From contig CAYUPI010000004.1 of assembly GCA_964446585.1 (NCBI GenBank), positions 124,177 through 188,176 on the forward strand: DNA of 64,000 nucleotides, given 5' to 3'. The notes below the pieces were generated by a model that saw only the letters and a program-made list of their open reading frames with translations, made no database searches and had not been told where the DNA came from. How positions within the stretch are numbered: the first letter of the stretch is position 1; each line of letters opens with the position of its first letter. The translations under genes and the position numbers were made by a program. The stretch is from an uncultured Verrucomicrobiota bacterium (lineage in GTDB: Bacteria > Verrucomicrobiota > Verrucomicrobiia > Limisphaerales > UBA8199). This document shows, one piece after another, positions 25,955 to 34,360 of this stretch.

Positions 25955-27301
25955 ATGTCATACCGAGCCTGGTTCAAGTGCATCAACCTGGACTGCGGAG
26001 CTACGTATCCGCTGAACCGGATCGTGTACGAGTGCGGGCGCTGCCAATCCCTGCTCGAGGTCCAGCACGACCTGGCGGCGCTGGCGCGTCGCGACGCCAA
26101 GGGTTGGATGAAACTCTTTGAAGATCGCTACAAGAGCAACCTCTGGCCCTACGGCTCGGGAGTGTGGGGCAAAAAGGAATGGATTCTGCCCCAGATTGAC
26201 AACGACAACATCGTCTCGCTGTACGAAGGCGGAACGAACCTCTTCTGGGCCGAACGCTTCGGCAAAGTTATTGGCGTCGAGGACCTCTGGATTAAGCTCT
26301 GCGGCAACACGCACAGCGGTTCTTTCAAAGACCTGGGCATGACCGTTCTCGTTTCCCAGGTCAAGCAGATGATTTCCGAGGGCGCGCCGATCAAAGCGGT
26401 CGCTTGCGCATCCACCGGCGACACCTCGGCCGCCCTGGCCACTTACTGCGCCGCAGCCGGCGTTCAATCCGTCGTCCTGCTTCCGCGCGGTAAGATCTCG
26501 ACAGCTCAACTGGTTCAACCCATTTCAAGCGGCGCGCTCGTGCTCTATCTCGACACGGACTTTGATGGATGTATGCAATTAGTGCGCGAGATCACCAAGG
26601 ACGATTCGATTTACCTGGCCAACTCTATGAACTCGTTGCGGGTCGAAGGCCAGAAGACCGTCGGCATCGAGATCGTGCAACAGTTCGATTGGGAAGCGCC
26701 AGATGTCATCGTTATTCCCGGCGGCAACCTGGGCAATGTCTCTGCTTTGGGGGCGGGGCTAATGATGATGAAGCAGCTTGAACTCATCGCGAAGCTGCCG
26801 CGTATTGTCGTCGCCCAGGCAGAGCGCGCCAACCCGCTTTATCGCTCGTATCTTCGGAATTACTCCGCTTTCGAGCCGGTGCCGGCCCGGAAGACGCTCG
26901 CCAGCGCGATCCAGATCGGTAATCCGGTCAGTTTCCAGAAGGCTGTCCGCACGCTCAAGCAATTCAACGGTATCGTCGAGCAAGCCACGGAAGAGGAACT
27001 GGCGGACGCCGCAGCGCTCGGGGATCGCACCGGAATGTTTAATTGCCCGCACACGGGCGTGGCCCTCGCTGTGCTGATGAAATTAATCAAGACCGGCAAG
27101 ATTGATTCGGCTGAGCGCGTGGTAGTCATCTCGACCGCGCACGGATTGAAATTCGTCGAGATGAAGGTCAAGTATCATCAACGCGAACTGGAATTCGCAT
27201 CCCGACACGCCAATCAGCCGATTGAACTACCGGCGCGGCTGGACGCGGTCAAAGACGCCCTGCAGAACGCTCTGCAGGCCAAGAGGGACGTCGAAGTTTA
27301 A
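25955..27301 (+). CDS. thrC: Threonine synthase
   Basis: [17 protein letters not shown] (PLP Lys), [58 protein letters not shown]. Confidence 0.93.
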   Translation: MSYRAWFKCINLDCGATYPLNRIVYECGRCQSLLEVQHDLAALARRDAKGWMKLFEDRYKSNLWPYGSGVWGKKEWILPQIDNDNIVSLYEGGTNLFWAERFGKVIGVEDLWIKLCGNTHSGSFKDLGMTVLVSQVKQMISEGAPIKAVACASTGDTSAALATYCAAAGVQSVVLLPRGKISTAQLVQPISSGALVLYLDTDFDGCMQLVREITKDDSIYLANSMNSLRVEGQKTVGIEIVQQFDWEAPDVIVIPGGNLGNVSALGAGLMMMKQLELIAKLPRIVVAQAERANPLYRSYLRNYSAFEPVPARKTLASAIQIGNPVSFQKAVRTLKQFNGIVEQATEEELADAAALGDRTGMFNCPHTGVALAVLMKLIKTGKIDSAERVVVISTAHGLKFVEMKVKYHQRELEFASRHANQPIELPARLDAVKDALQNALQAKRDVEV

Positions 27302-27357
27302 GGGGTCAAACGCGGCCGCACCTAGCCAAGGACTTCTGCAAAAGCGCAATGTTCTCG

Positions 27358-27478
27358 AATGACGAATGACAAATGCTAAATGACGAAAGAAATCCTAATG
27401 ACCAAATCCTGAAAACGCTCCGACTCTGTTGCTTGTATTAGTCATTCGTCATTCTTCAGTCATTTGACATTCGTCATT
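27358..27478. repeat. Gene-less inverted heptamer-array hairpin (AATGACG type)
   Basis: aatgacgaatgacaaatg (27358-27375) vs reverse complement of 27461-27478, aatgacgaatgtcaaatg: 17/18; lies between convergent thrC and TPR genes. Confidence 0.88.
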
Positions 27479-27525
27479 TGGGTTTCAGAGAGCCCCCGCT
27501 TTCGAAGCAGGGCGAAGCTAGGCCT

Positions 27526-28533
27526 TTACTTCGGCGCGGCTTTGGTCGGCGGTGCGTTGGTCTCTTTCGCCTCTCTTACCTCCTTTTCCTGCAGCTCGAT
27601 GTTGCGCGCAAGGCGGTTCTTCAGGTCGGCGTACATTTCGTTCGTGACGGCCGCGATGTGCGCCCGGGCTTCAGCGAATCGCTCCGCATGTAACTTGAGG
27701 CGGGCAAAATGCAGGTACACGCCTTCCCGCTCGATCTCGTCATGGGCAATCTTCAGCGCGTTCGTCCAGGCGTTGAGCGCGTCCTCGGTGCGCGTCGGCT
27801 TGATGCCGTAATAGGTCTGGGCGACGTCCGACGCCAGCGGAAAATTCGTTGGGTCGAGTTTCAGCGCCTTGGCGTAAAGTTGTAACGCTTTGTCGAAGAC
27901 TTGCTGCTCCGTGATTCCGTAGAACTCCTTCGCGTCCTTTCGGAAAAGATAAACCGTCGTCCCAAAGTTATGATAATACACCGGCTCAAGCGGGTTCAAT
28001 TCGATTGCTTTAGCGTAATACTCGAACGCCTTTTTGACCGGGCCGTCGTGGCCGTAGATGTTTGCGAGGTTGTTGTAGACCGCTGGATTGTTTGTATCCA
28101 GTTCGAGCGCCTTTTCCAGTTGCTCCTGGGCGGCCGCTTCGTCGTGAATGTCGCCCAGAAAGCTCGCGTAGGCGACGCGCGCGCGGACATGTTCCGGATG
28201 CCGCTTGATGAAATCCTCGTATCGCTTGCGAATGGGGTCGAAGCGCTCATGGATGCGCCGGTTCAGATCCGCCGGCTTGGCACCGGCGCCTTTGGCGGCG
28301 AATTCGTTGTTCTCCTGAATCCATTTGTCAACCTCGGCCTGGACGGCGTCGTCATCCTCGACCAGTTCGGTGTATTCTAGTTCCACCGCGTCGCTGGGCG
28401 CGGCCGGCACGCCTGCCGTTCCCTGGGCGGCCTGTGCCCGCCCACCTTCCGTCTGCCGCACCACGTTGGTGACCACCGCCGGGTTGTTAGTCACCAGCAC
28501 CGCTCCCAACACCGCCATCAGAAAACTGTTCAC
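27526..28533 (-). CDS. Exported tetratricopeptide-repeat protein
   Basis: Hydrophobic N-terminus; TPR-like LEKALELD..NP.VYNNLA and YAKAIELNP.EP.YY.NFG. Confidence 0.8.
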   Translation of the reverse strand: MNSFLMAVLGAVLVTNNPAVVTNVVRQTEGGRAQAAQGTAGVPAAPSDAVELEYTELVEDDDAVQAEVDKWIQENNEFAAKGAGAKPADLNRRIHERFDPIRKRYEDFIKRHPEHVRARVAYASFLGDIHDEAAAQEQLEKALELDTNNPAVYNNLANIYGHDGPVKKAFEYYAKAIELNPLEPVYYHNFGTTVYLFRKDAKEFYGITEQQVFDKALQLYAKALKLDPTNFPLASDVAQTYYGIKPTRTEDALNAWTNALKIAHDEIEREGVYLHFARLKLHAERFAEARAHIAAVTNEMYADLKNRLARNIELQEKEVREAKETNAPPTKAAPK

Positions 28534-28770
28534 GCGCTCAGCCTAGCATTCGCGGCGGCCAAGTCCAAACAACAAACCCGGAGTCCAATGACAAAGTCAT
28601 TTCGGAACTCCTTGACACGAATTTCACGAATTTGCACGAACGCGAGGCCGGCGAAAACAGCGCCCAAGCGCGCGTTGCCGCTCGGCCCGGCGCTATTTCT
28701 ATCCCACTTTCCCGGCATTGAACGATACGGACCTCGGATTCCGAGTAGTGCTGGCCTGCCCAAGACCAAG

Positions 28771-28785
28771 GTCCAAAGTCCAAGG
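28771..28785 (+). repeat. 15-bp direct repeat, copy 1 (in heptamer array)
   Basis: gtccaaagtccaagg, identical to 29911-29925. Confidence 0.8.
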
Positions 28786-29055
28786 CTTGTGCGCTTGAGA
28801 TCGCCTTGCGACATGATAGCATGCTTTCGCGTGAGCGCGCCCAAGAAAGCACTTCTTTCTGACCCAGGACGAGCCAAGAAGCCGAGCTCTCATCCCGAGC
28901 GACCGTTTGCGGGCTCGACCCCCAGACATGGAAAAGGCGACGGAAATGTACAAGAGGGCATCGTTGGAAGTTCGGACAAAACCGCAGCATCCGGCTGGAA
29001 ATTCAAACCCGACTGCCTCGGGAATGCCGTTCGCTACACAACGACGCGTGAGACG

Positions 29056-29886
29056 ATGGCAAGGGGGCTTTCGCATCTGCGACTGGCGCCAGGCATGCGG
29101 GTGCTGGAAGTAGGGTGCGGCGCAGGCGGCTACACGAAATTGATGGCCGAGGCACTCCAGGGCAAGGGGGAATGGGTTGGGGTGGATCACGATGCACAAC
29201 TGCTCGAGCAGGCGCGCAGAGAGGTTGACATCGCTGTGCCCCTGAGCTTTCAGACGGGAAGCGCTGTGAGGCTGCCTTTCCCGAATGGTTCATTCGATGC
29301 CGTCGTGAGCGCGTTTCTTTTGTGCGTCCTTACTTCGCCGATTGAGGCCCTGCGCGAAATGATACGGGTGACGAGGCGAGACGGTGTCATTTCTTCGGTG
29401 TCGTGCTTTTGCAAGTCTGGTGGGCTGCCAGTGTTCCACGGCGTGGAGTCCTGGCCGGGCATGGAACGCTATGTGGAGCTGGAGCCTCGGGTGCGGAGCG
29501 CTTTCCGGCAACTCGTTCGCAATCCAGGCCTTGGCCTGCCGAACGGCAAAGATCTCGATGTGTGGGCGGATTATGCGCGCGGCGGGTTGGTGGACCTGCA
29601 GATTACCGGTTATTTGCCCGTGTATGCGCCCGCGGATTCACGCTGGACTGAAGAAGAGGGGCTAGACTGGCTGAAACGAAGGGAGAGGATTGAGTTGCAG
29701 CTTTTCGAACGCTTGGGCGGCGATCACGGCCGCCTCGAAAAGGCGGGGGTGACGAAGCAGGAAGTGGACGAGTTGCTCACGCTTACCAAATGCCGCTTTG
29801 CTCACCTTCGCTCGGCGGGCGCCTTGCACCGCAACATGGACGCATTCCCAGATCCAAATGTGATTATCAGCGGACGAGTGCCGTGA
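29056..29886 (+). CDS. Class I SAM-dependent methyltransferase
   Basis: VLEVGCGAGG, VGVDHD, LPFPNGSFDAVV, EALREMIRVTRRDG. Start uncertain (ORF open from 28588). Confidence 0.8.
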   Translation: MARGLSHLRLAPGMRVLEVGCGAGGYTKLMAEALQGKGEWVGVDHDAQLLEQARREVDIAVPLSFQTGSAVRLPFPNGSFDAVVSAFLLCVLTSPIEALREMIRVTRRDGVISSVSCFCKSGGLPVFHGVESWPGMERYVELEPRVRSAFRQLVRNPGLGLPNGKDLDVWADYARGGLVDLQITGYLPVYAPADSRWTEEEGLDWLKRRERIELQLFERLGGDHGRLEKAGVTKQEVDELLTLTKCRFAHLRSAGALHRNMDAFPDPNVIISGRVP

Positions 29887-29910
29887 TCGCATCGGCCTCG
29901 CTTTTTCAAA

Positions 29911-29925
29911 GTCCAAAGTCCAAGG
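29911..29925 (+). repeat. 15-bp direct repeat, copy 2 (in heptamer array)
   Basis: Within caaagtc-caaagtc-caaggtc-caaggcc-agaagtc. Confidence 0.8.
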
Positions 29926-29963
29926 TCCAAGGCCAGAAGTCCAGCGCGTGCCGGTTAAAACCT

Positions 29964-29992
29964 TTGACCCTTGGGGCAACTTTTCCTATTTT
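29964..29992 (+). promoter_or_regulatory. Putative sigma70 promoter for the secretion operon
   Basis: TTGACC, 17 nt, TATTTT, 38 nt before the gspE ATG. Confidence 0.4.
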
Positions 29993-30029
29993 AAAGTGTT
30001 GAAAACAAGAATGAAGGGTTGACAAACGG

Positions 30030-31781
30030 ATGGCCTTTTTATCGCTAAGAGAATTTCTGGGGCGCATGGGCCTGGCGACCGCCGACGAGTTCGATACATG
30101 GAACAAGGCGTGGCGCGTGGCGGTCGAAAGCGGCTCGCAGGAATCGCTCCTGGGGTTCATTTGCCGCGAGCGAGGGCTGGCGGAAGATGTGTTCCTGCAG
30201 CAGTTGGCCCAGGCCATGAACTGGCCGTTTCTCGATTTGCCGAAACTGACCATCCCCGCCGAAGCGCGCAACCGGATTTCGACCAAGGTCGCCTTTCAGC
30301 ACTCGGTCCTGCCGACGCAAGTGCAGGACGGCACGCTGCAGGTGGTGGTCAGCAATCCGTTCGACACCGCGATGCTCAACGCTGTCAGGTTCGACGCGCG
30401 CGGCCCGGTGCAATTCGCGCTGGCGACCAAGGCCGAGATTGAGAAGGCGCTGAAGAAGTATTACGGAGTCGGCGCCGAAACCCTGGACGAAATGGGCGAC
30501 GAGGCGCCGCTGGATCTCGAGCTGCCCACTGACAAGGAAATTACGGAAAGCGACCAGGAGGCCAGCGTCATCAAGTTCGTCAACCAGGTTATCTGGGAAG
30601 CGTTCAAAGACCGCGCGACGGACATACATTTCGAGCCGGCGGAGGATGAGTTGCGCATCCGCTACCGCATTGACGGCATCCTGCACCAGACCCCGATGCC
30701 TCCACAGCTCAAACGGTATCAGGCGGCGTTGATCTCGCGCATCAAGGTCATGTCGGGAATGAATATTTCCGAGAAACGGCTGCCGCAGGACGGCCGCATC
30801 AATGTCCGCATCAAGGGCGAGGAAATCGACATCCGCGTTTCGACCGTGCCAACGGTCTATGGCGAAAGCGTGTCGTTGCGGTTGCTGACCCGCGGCAAGA
30901 TCTTCCTCAGCCTGGACAAACTCGGCTTTTCGCCGTTGGAAGAACAGGCGATCCGCGAAATCATCGTCAAGCCGCACGGAATTTTTCTGGTCACTGGACC
31001 GACAGGCTCGGGGAAGTCCACGTCGCTCTACGCGTTTCTGAGCACGATCAATTCGGTCCACAAGCGCATCATCACGATCGAGGAACCGGTCGAGTACGAA
31101 CTCAAAGGCATCAATCAGATCGCGGTGCGGCCGGAAATCGGGCTGACGTTCGCCATGGGCCTGCGGCATATCCTGCGTCAGGATCCGAACGTGATCATGG
31201 TGGGTGAAATTCGCGATTTGGAGACGGCGGAAATTGCCATTCGCGCGGCGTTGACGGGCCACCTGGTCTTCAGCACGCTGCACACCAACGACGCGCCCAG
31301 CGCTTTTACCCGGCTGATTGACATGGGGATTGAGCCGTTTCTTGTTGCCTCATCAGTGGAAGCCGTGATGGCCCAACGACTAGTCCGGACAATTTGCCCT
31401 CATTGCAGAACGGAACAAACGGTCGAGCGCGATTATTTGCGTCGGATTGGGTTTCCGCCCGACGAGATCGCCACTGCCAAGTTCTGGCGTGGCGCCGGCT
31501 GCGAGGATTGCCGGCAACTGGGATACCAGGGCCGAATGGGCATCTATGAACTGCTCATTCTCAACGAAGCGCTGCGCCCGTTGATTCTGAACCGCGCCGC
31601 TGCTTCGACCATTGCGCAAAAGGCGATCGAGTTCGGCATGCGTACGCTGCGGACCGACGGCTGGAACAAAGTGCGCGCGGCCCAGACGACCATCGAGGAA
31701 GTGCTGCGCGTCACTCAGGTCGAGGAACACCTGGATGCTCTGGTGGAGGACACCAAATCGGAATTGTGGGTGAAGAGCTAA
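30030..31781 (+). CDS. gspE: Type II secretion / type IV pilus ATPase (GspE/PilB family)
   Basis: RATDIHFEP, RLPQDGRI, Walker A GPTGSGKST, TIEEPVEY, LRQDPNVIMVGEIRD, TGHLVFSTLHTND; Zn motif CPHC...GCEDC. Confidence 0.92.
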   Translation: MAFLSLREFLGRMGLATADEFDTWNKAWRVAVESGSQESLLGFICRERGLAEDVFLQQLAQAMNWPFLDLPKLTIPAEARNRISTKVAFQHSVLPTQVQDGTLQVVVSNPFDTAMLNAVRFDARGPVQFALATKAEIEKALKKYYGVGAETLDEMGDEAPLDLELPTDKEITESDQEASVIKFVNQVIWEAFKDRATDIHFEPAEDELRIRYRIDGILHQTPMPPQLKRYQAALISRIKVMSGMNISEKRLPQDGRINVRIKGEEIDIRVSTVPTVYGESVSLRLLTRGKIFLSLDKLGFSPLEEQAIREIIVKPHGIFLVTGPTGSGKSTSLYAFLSTINSVHKRIITIEEPVEYELKGINQIAVRPEIGLTFAMGLRHILRQDPNVIMVGEIRDLETAEIAIRAALTGHLVFSTLHTNDAPSAFTRLIDMGIEPFLVASSVEAVMAQRLVRTICPHCRTEQTVERDYLRRIGFPPDEIATAKFWRGAGCEDCRQLGYQGRMGIYELLILNEALRPLILNRAAASTIAQKAIEFGMRTLRTDGWNKVRAAQTTIEEVLRVTQVEEHLDALVEDTKSELWVKS

Positions 31782-31785
31782 CAAA

Positions 31786-31930
31786 AATTCCAAGACCCAA
31801 ATTCCAAATCCCAAGAAAGCTCCAACTTGCAAATCCCAAGCTCCAGAAACGGACCAAGCGCCCGAGCCAGAGGCGGGAGCCGACGCAGTGTGAGTCGCCG
31901 GTTTCGGATTTTAGCTTTTGGCCTTTTCCT
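31786..31930. repeat. CCAA-type heptamer array with weak complementary arm
   Basis: aattcca-agaccca-aattcca-aatccca-agaaagc-tccaact-tgcaaat-cccaagc-tccagaa; resembles the array at 10431-10545. Confidence 0.7.
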
Positions 31931-33713
31931 AAGCCTGGCCTTCCTCGTTGCCTGCGGCCAGCTTGAGGCGGCTCCCGGCACGACCACGAATTCAGCCCCT
32001 GGCGCCTCCAGGACCGTTGTTCGGACGAATGCCTTTCGTCCTCCGCAGCGGACGCCGGCAAAAACCAATGTCGCCGGAAAGACTCAGGCGGGTAAGGCGA
32101 CGACCAATGCAGTTCCCGCGATGCAGCAGCTCCTAAACAAGATCCGAACGCAACCCACGGCTACCTACAAAAGCTTGAGGGCCAGCAAGGCTTTCTGGCC
32201 TGTCGTCCTCGGGGTGGCGGCCGGCCTGGTGGCAGCCGCAGTTTTCCTCTCCAAACTTCTCAAGGCAAAAGCAGGCCAGACGAAAGTCGTAGTCACGGAA
32301 ATGCAGACGCCGTCACTCGCGGGCCGGCCGGCAAGAAAGCCCGCGACTATCCACGTCTGCAATGTGTTGCAGGTCGGGGCCGAGGCGCGGTATTTATGGC
32401 AGTTCGACGCGCAGAACGTCGGATTTGCATTGAATCGCCAGCAGACCAGCCTGCCCGGCGAAGCGCTTCCAAAACACCTGATTGGCAAAAGCTGGCGTTC
32501 GCTGTTCCAGCGCAAGCTCAATGTAGCGTGGCTGCCCCCCGAGCAAGTGTTTCTCCGCGTTGTCCACTTGCCACGCAGCGAATTTGGCGAGACGCTGTCC
32601 ATGGTCGAGTTGCAGTTGGAGAAGCTCTCGCCGATTCCAGTGACGCAAATAGTTTGGAGCATCCAGGTGCTGTCCCACGCCCAGGAGACATTGCAAACGG
32701 TCATCGTAATGATCGTCGCCCGCGACGTCGTCGAGGAAATCCTGGGCCAACTGGAGGGGCAGGGTTACCTCGCGGACCGGCTGGAACTGCCGCTGCTCGA
32801 TGAGTTGCAGGCCACAGCCATCACGGCCGATGGCGCCTGGATTTATCCGCAAGCGCGCAGCGGCCAGAATAACGCCCTGGTCGCCTGGTGGTACGGCGGA
32901 GTGCTTCAAAATCTGGATTTGGTGACGCTGCCGAGCTCTCCGCAGTCGCCGAGTATTCAGGAACAATTGTTGCAGATGGCCTGGGCCGGCGAGATGGACG
33001 GCTGGCTCAAGTCGCCTCCGCACTGGCATTTGGTGGCGGAGGGCAGCACTGCGCTGCAATGGGAACCGGCGCTGCGGGAAGGGTTGGAACAGCCGGTGAC
33101 CTTGTCGCCGCCGCTTTCGAGCGCTGACCTGGCGGCGCTTACTGCCCAGCGCGCGGCGCATTCGGACCCACGTGCGAACCTGTTGCCGATTGAATTCTCG
33201 ACCCGCTACCAACAGCAGTTCATGGACAGGCTGTGGATGCGCGGTCTGACGGCGGTGCTGGGGCTTTACCTGCTGGGCCTGGCTGTCTATGGGGTTGCCC
33301 TGGGAGTCGCGACGTTCCGGACGCGCGCCGTTGAATATGGTGTGGCGCAAATTGGGACGCAGTACACAAATACGATGCAGCTTAAGGCGCGCTACCAGGT
33401 GCTCAAGGATCGGCAGGAACTCAAATACGCGGCACTCGATTGCTGGAATCATATTGCCCGGTACCTGCCGGAAAGCGCGGTCTTGGAGACGATGAACTTC
33501 TCGGATGGAAAAAGGCTGACATTGGACGGGACGGCTGCCGCGGACCAACGGAAAGAAGTGTACGACTTCGAGAGCGCGTTACGCTCGGCGGCCTCGACTA
33601 ATGGCGATCTTATGTTCAATCCCAATGGGGGAGACCATGTCCAGTACCATGTGCAGCAGGGAAACGTGCGATGGAATTTTAGTCTGGAACTCAAGCGTGT
33701 GGAGGTCGAATGA
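31890..33713 (+). CDS. GspL / PilM-PilN-like inner-membrane platform protein
   Basis: Follows gspE; cytoplasmic segment (LPPEQVFLRVVHLP, QLEKLSP), then a TM helix and a PilN-like periplasmic part (YLPESAVLETMNF...LTLDG). GTG 31890 start is a guess. Confidence 0.65.
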   Translation: MSRRFRILAFGLFLSLAFLVACGQLEAAPGTTTNSAPGASRTVVRTNAFRPPQRTPAKTNVAGKTQAGKATTNAVPAMQQLLNKIRTQPTATYKSLRASKAFWPVVLGVAAGLVAAAVFLSKLLKAKAGQTKVVVTEMQTPSLAGRPARKPATIHVCNVLQVGAEARYLWQFDAQNVGFALNRQQTSLPGEALPKHLIGKSWRSLFQRKLNVAWLPPEQVFLRVVHLPRSEFGETLSMVELQLEKLSPIPVTQIVWSIQVLSHAQETLQTVIVMIVARDVVEEILGQLEGQGYLADRLELPLLDELQATAITADGAWIYPQARSGQNNALVAWWYGGVLQNLDLVTLPSSPQSPSIQEQLLQMAWAGEMDGWLKSPPHWHLVAEGSTALQWEPALREGLEQPVTLSPPLSSADLAALTAQRAAHSDPRANLLPIEFSTRYQQQFMDRLWMRGLTAVLGLYLLGLAVYGVALGVATFRTRAVEYGVAQIGTQYTNTMQLKARYQVLKDRQELKYAALDCWNHIARYLPESAVLETMNFSDGKRLTLDGTAAADQRKEVYDFESALRSAASTNGDLMFNPNGGDHVQYHVQQGNVRWNFSLELKRVEVE

Positions 33714-34360
33714 AGGGTTATTGGGAAAACCTGCGTCCTTTTGAGAAGCGCGTGTTTGTCGGTGTGACCACCGGCCTTTTTGTTCTCGTCAACATTTTGG
33801 TCGTGTTCCCGCACTTCGGCGACTGGGACAAGATGAAGTATCGAATGGCCGGTGCCCAACGGACCCTGGCGACACGCGACGCGGAGATCAAGCAGAAGCC
33901 TCGCTATGAAACGGAACTAAAAAAACTGGAAAAGGAAGGCTTGGACGTTCCCGCGGAGGAGCAAGCTTTGCAATTCTCGCGCACTGTTTCCGACGAGATG
34001 GTCAGGTGCGGAGTCACTCCGTTGTCTGCCGGAAGAATTCAGACGCGCACCAACCAGTTTTTTTTGGAACTGTCGCAGACGATCACCGTTCAGGCCGGCG
34101 AACAGCAACTCGTCGATTTTTTGTTCAATCTCGGTTCGGGGAATTCGTTGATCCGAGTTCGCGATTTGTCGTTGCACCCAGACGCGCAGACACGCCAACA
34201 ACTTGCCGCCACAGTGAAGCTGGTTGCCTCCTATCAGAAGAACCCGACAGCTAGGGTAGCTTCGCCATCACGGACGGCCTCGGTAAGGCCTGCTCCAAGT
34301 CCGGCGCCTGTTAGTGCGTTTAGTCCACCAAATCAACCCGGAAAGACATCTGCCAAATGA
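33710..34360 (+). CDS. GspM / PilO-like protein
   Basis: WENLRPFEKR N-terminus, single TM helix, coiled coil, LVDFLFNL and LIRVRDLSL; overlaps both neighbours. Confidence 0.7.
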   Translation: MKGYWENLRPFEKRVFVGVTTGLFVLVNILVVFPHFGDWDKMKYRMAGAQRTLATRDAEIKQKPRYETELKKLEKEGLDVPAEEQALQFSRTVSDEMVRCGVTPLSAGRIQTRTNQFFLELSQTITVQAGEQQLVDFLFNLGSGNSLIRVRDLSLHPDAQTRQQLAATVKLVASYQKNPTARVASPSRTASVRPAPSPAPVSAFSPPNQPGKTSAK

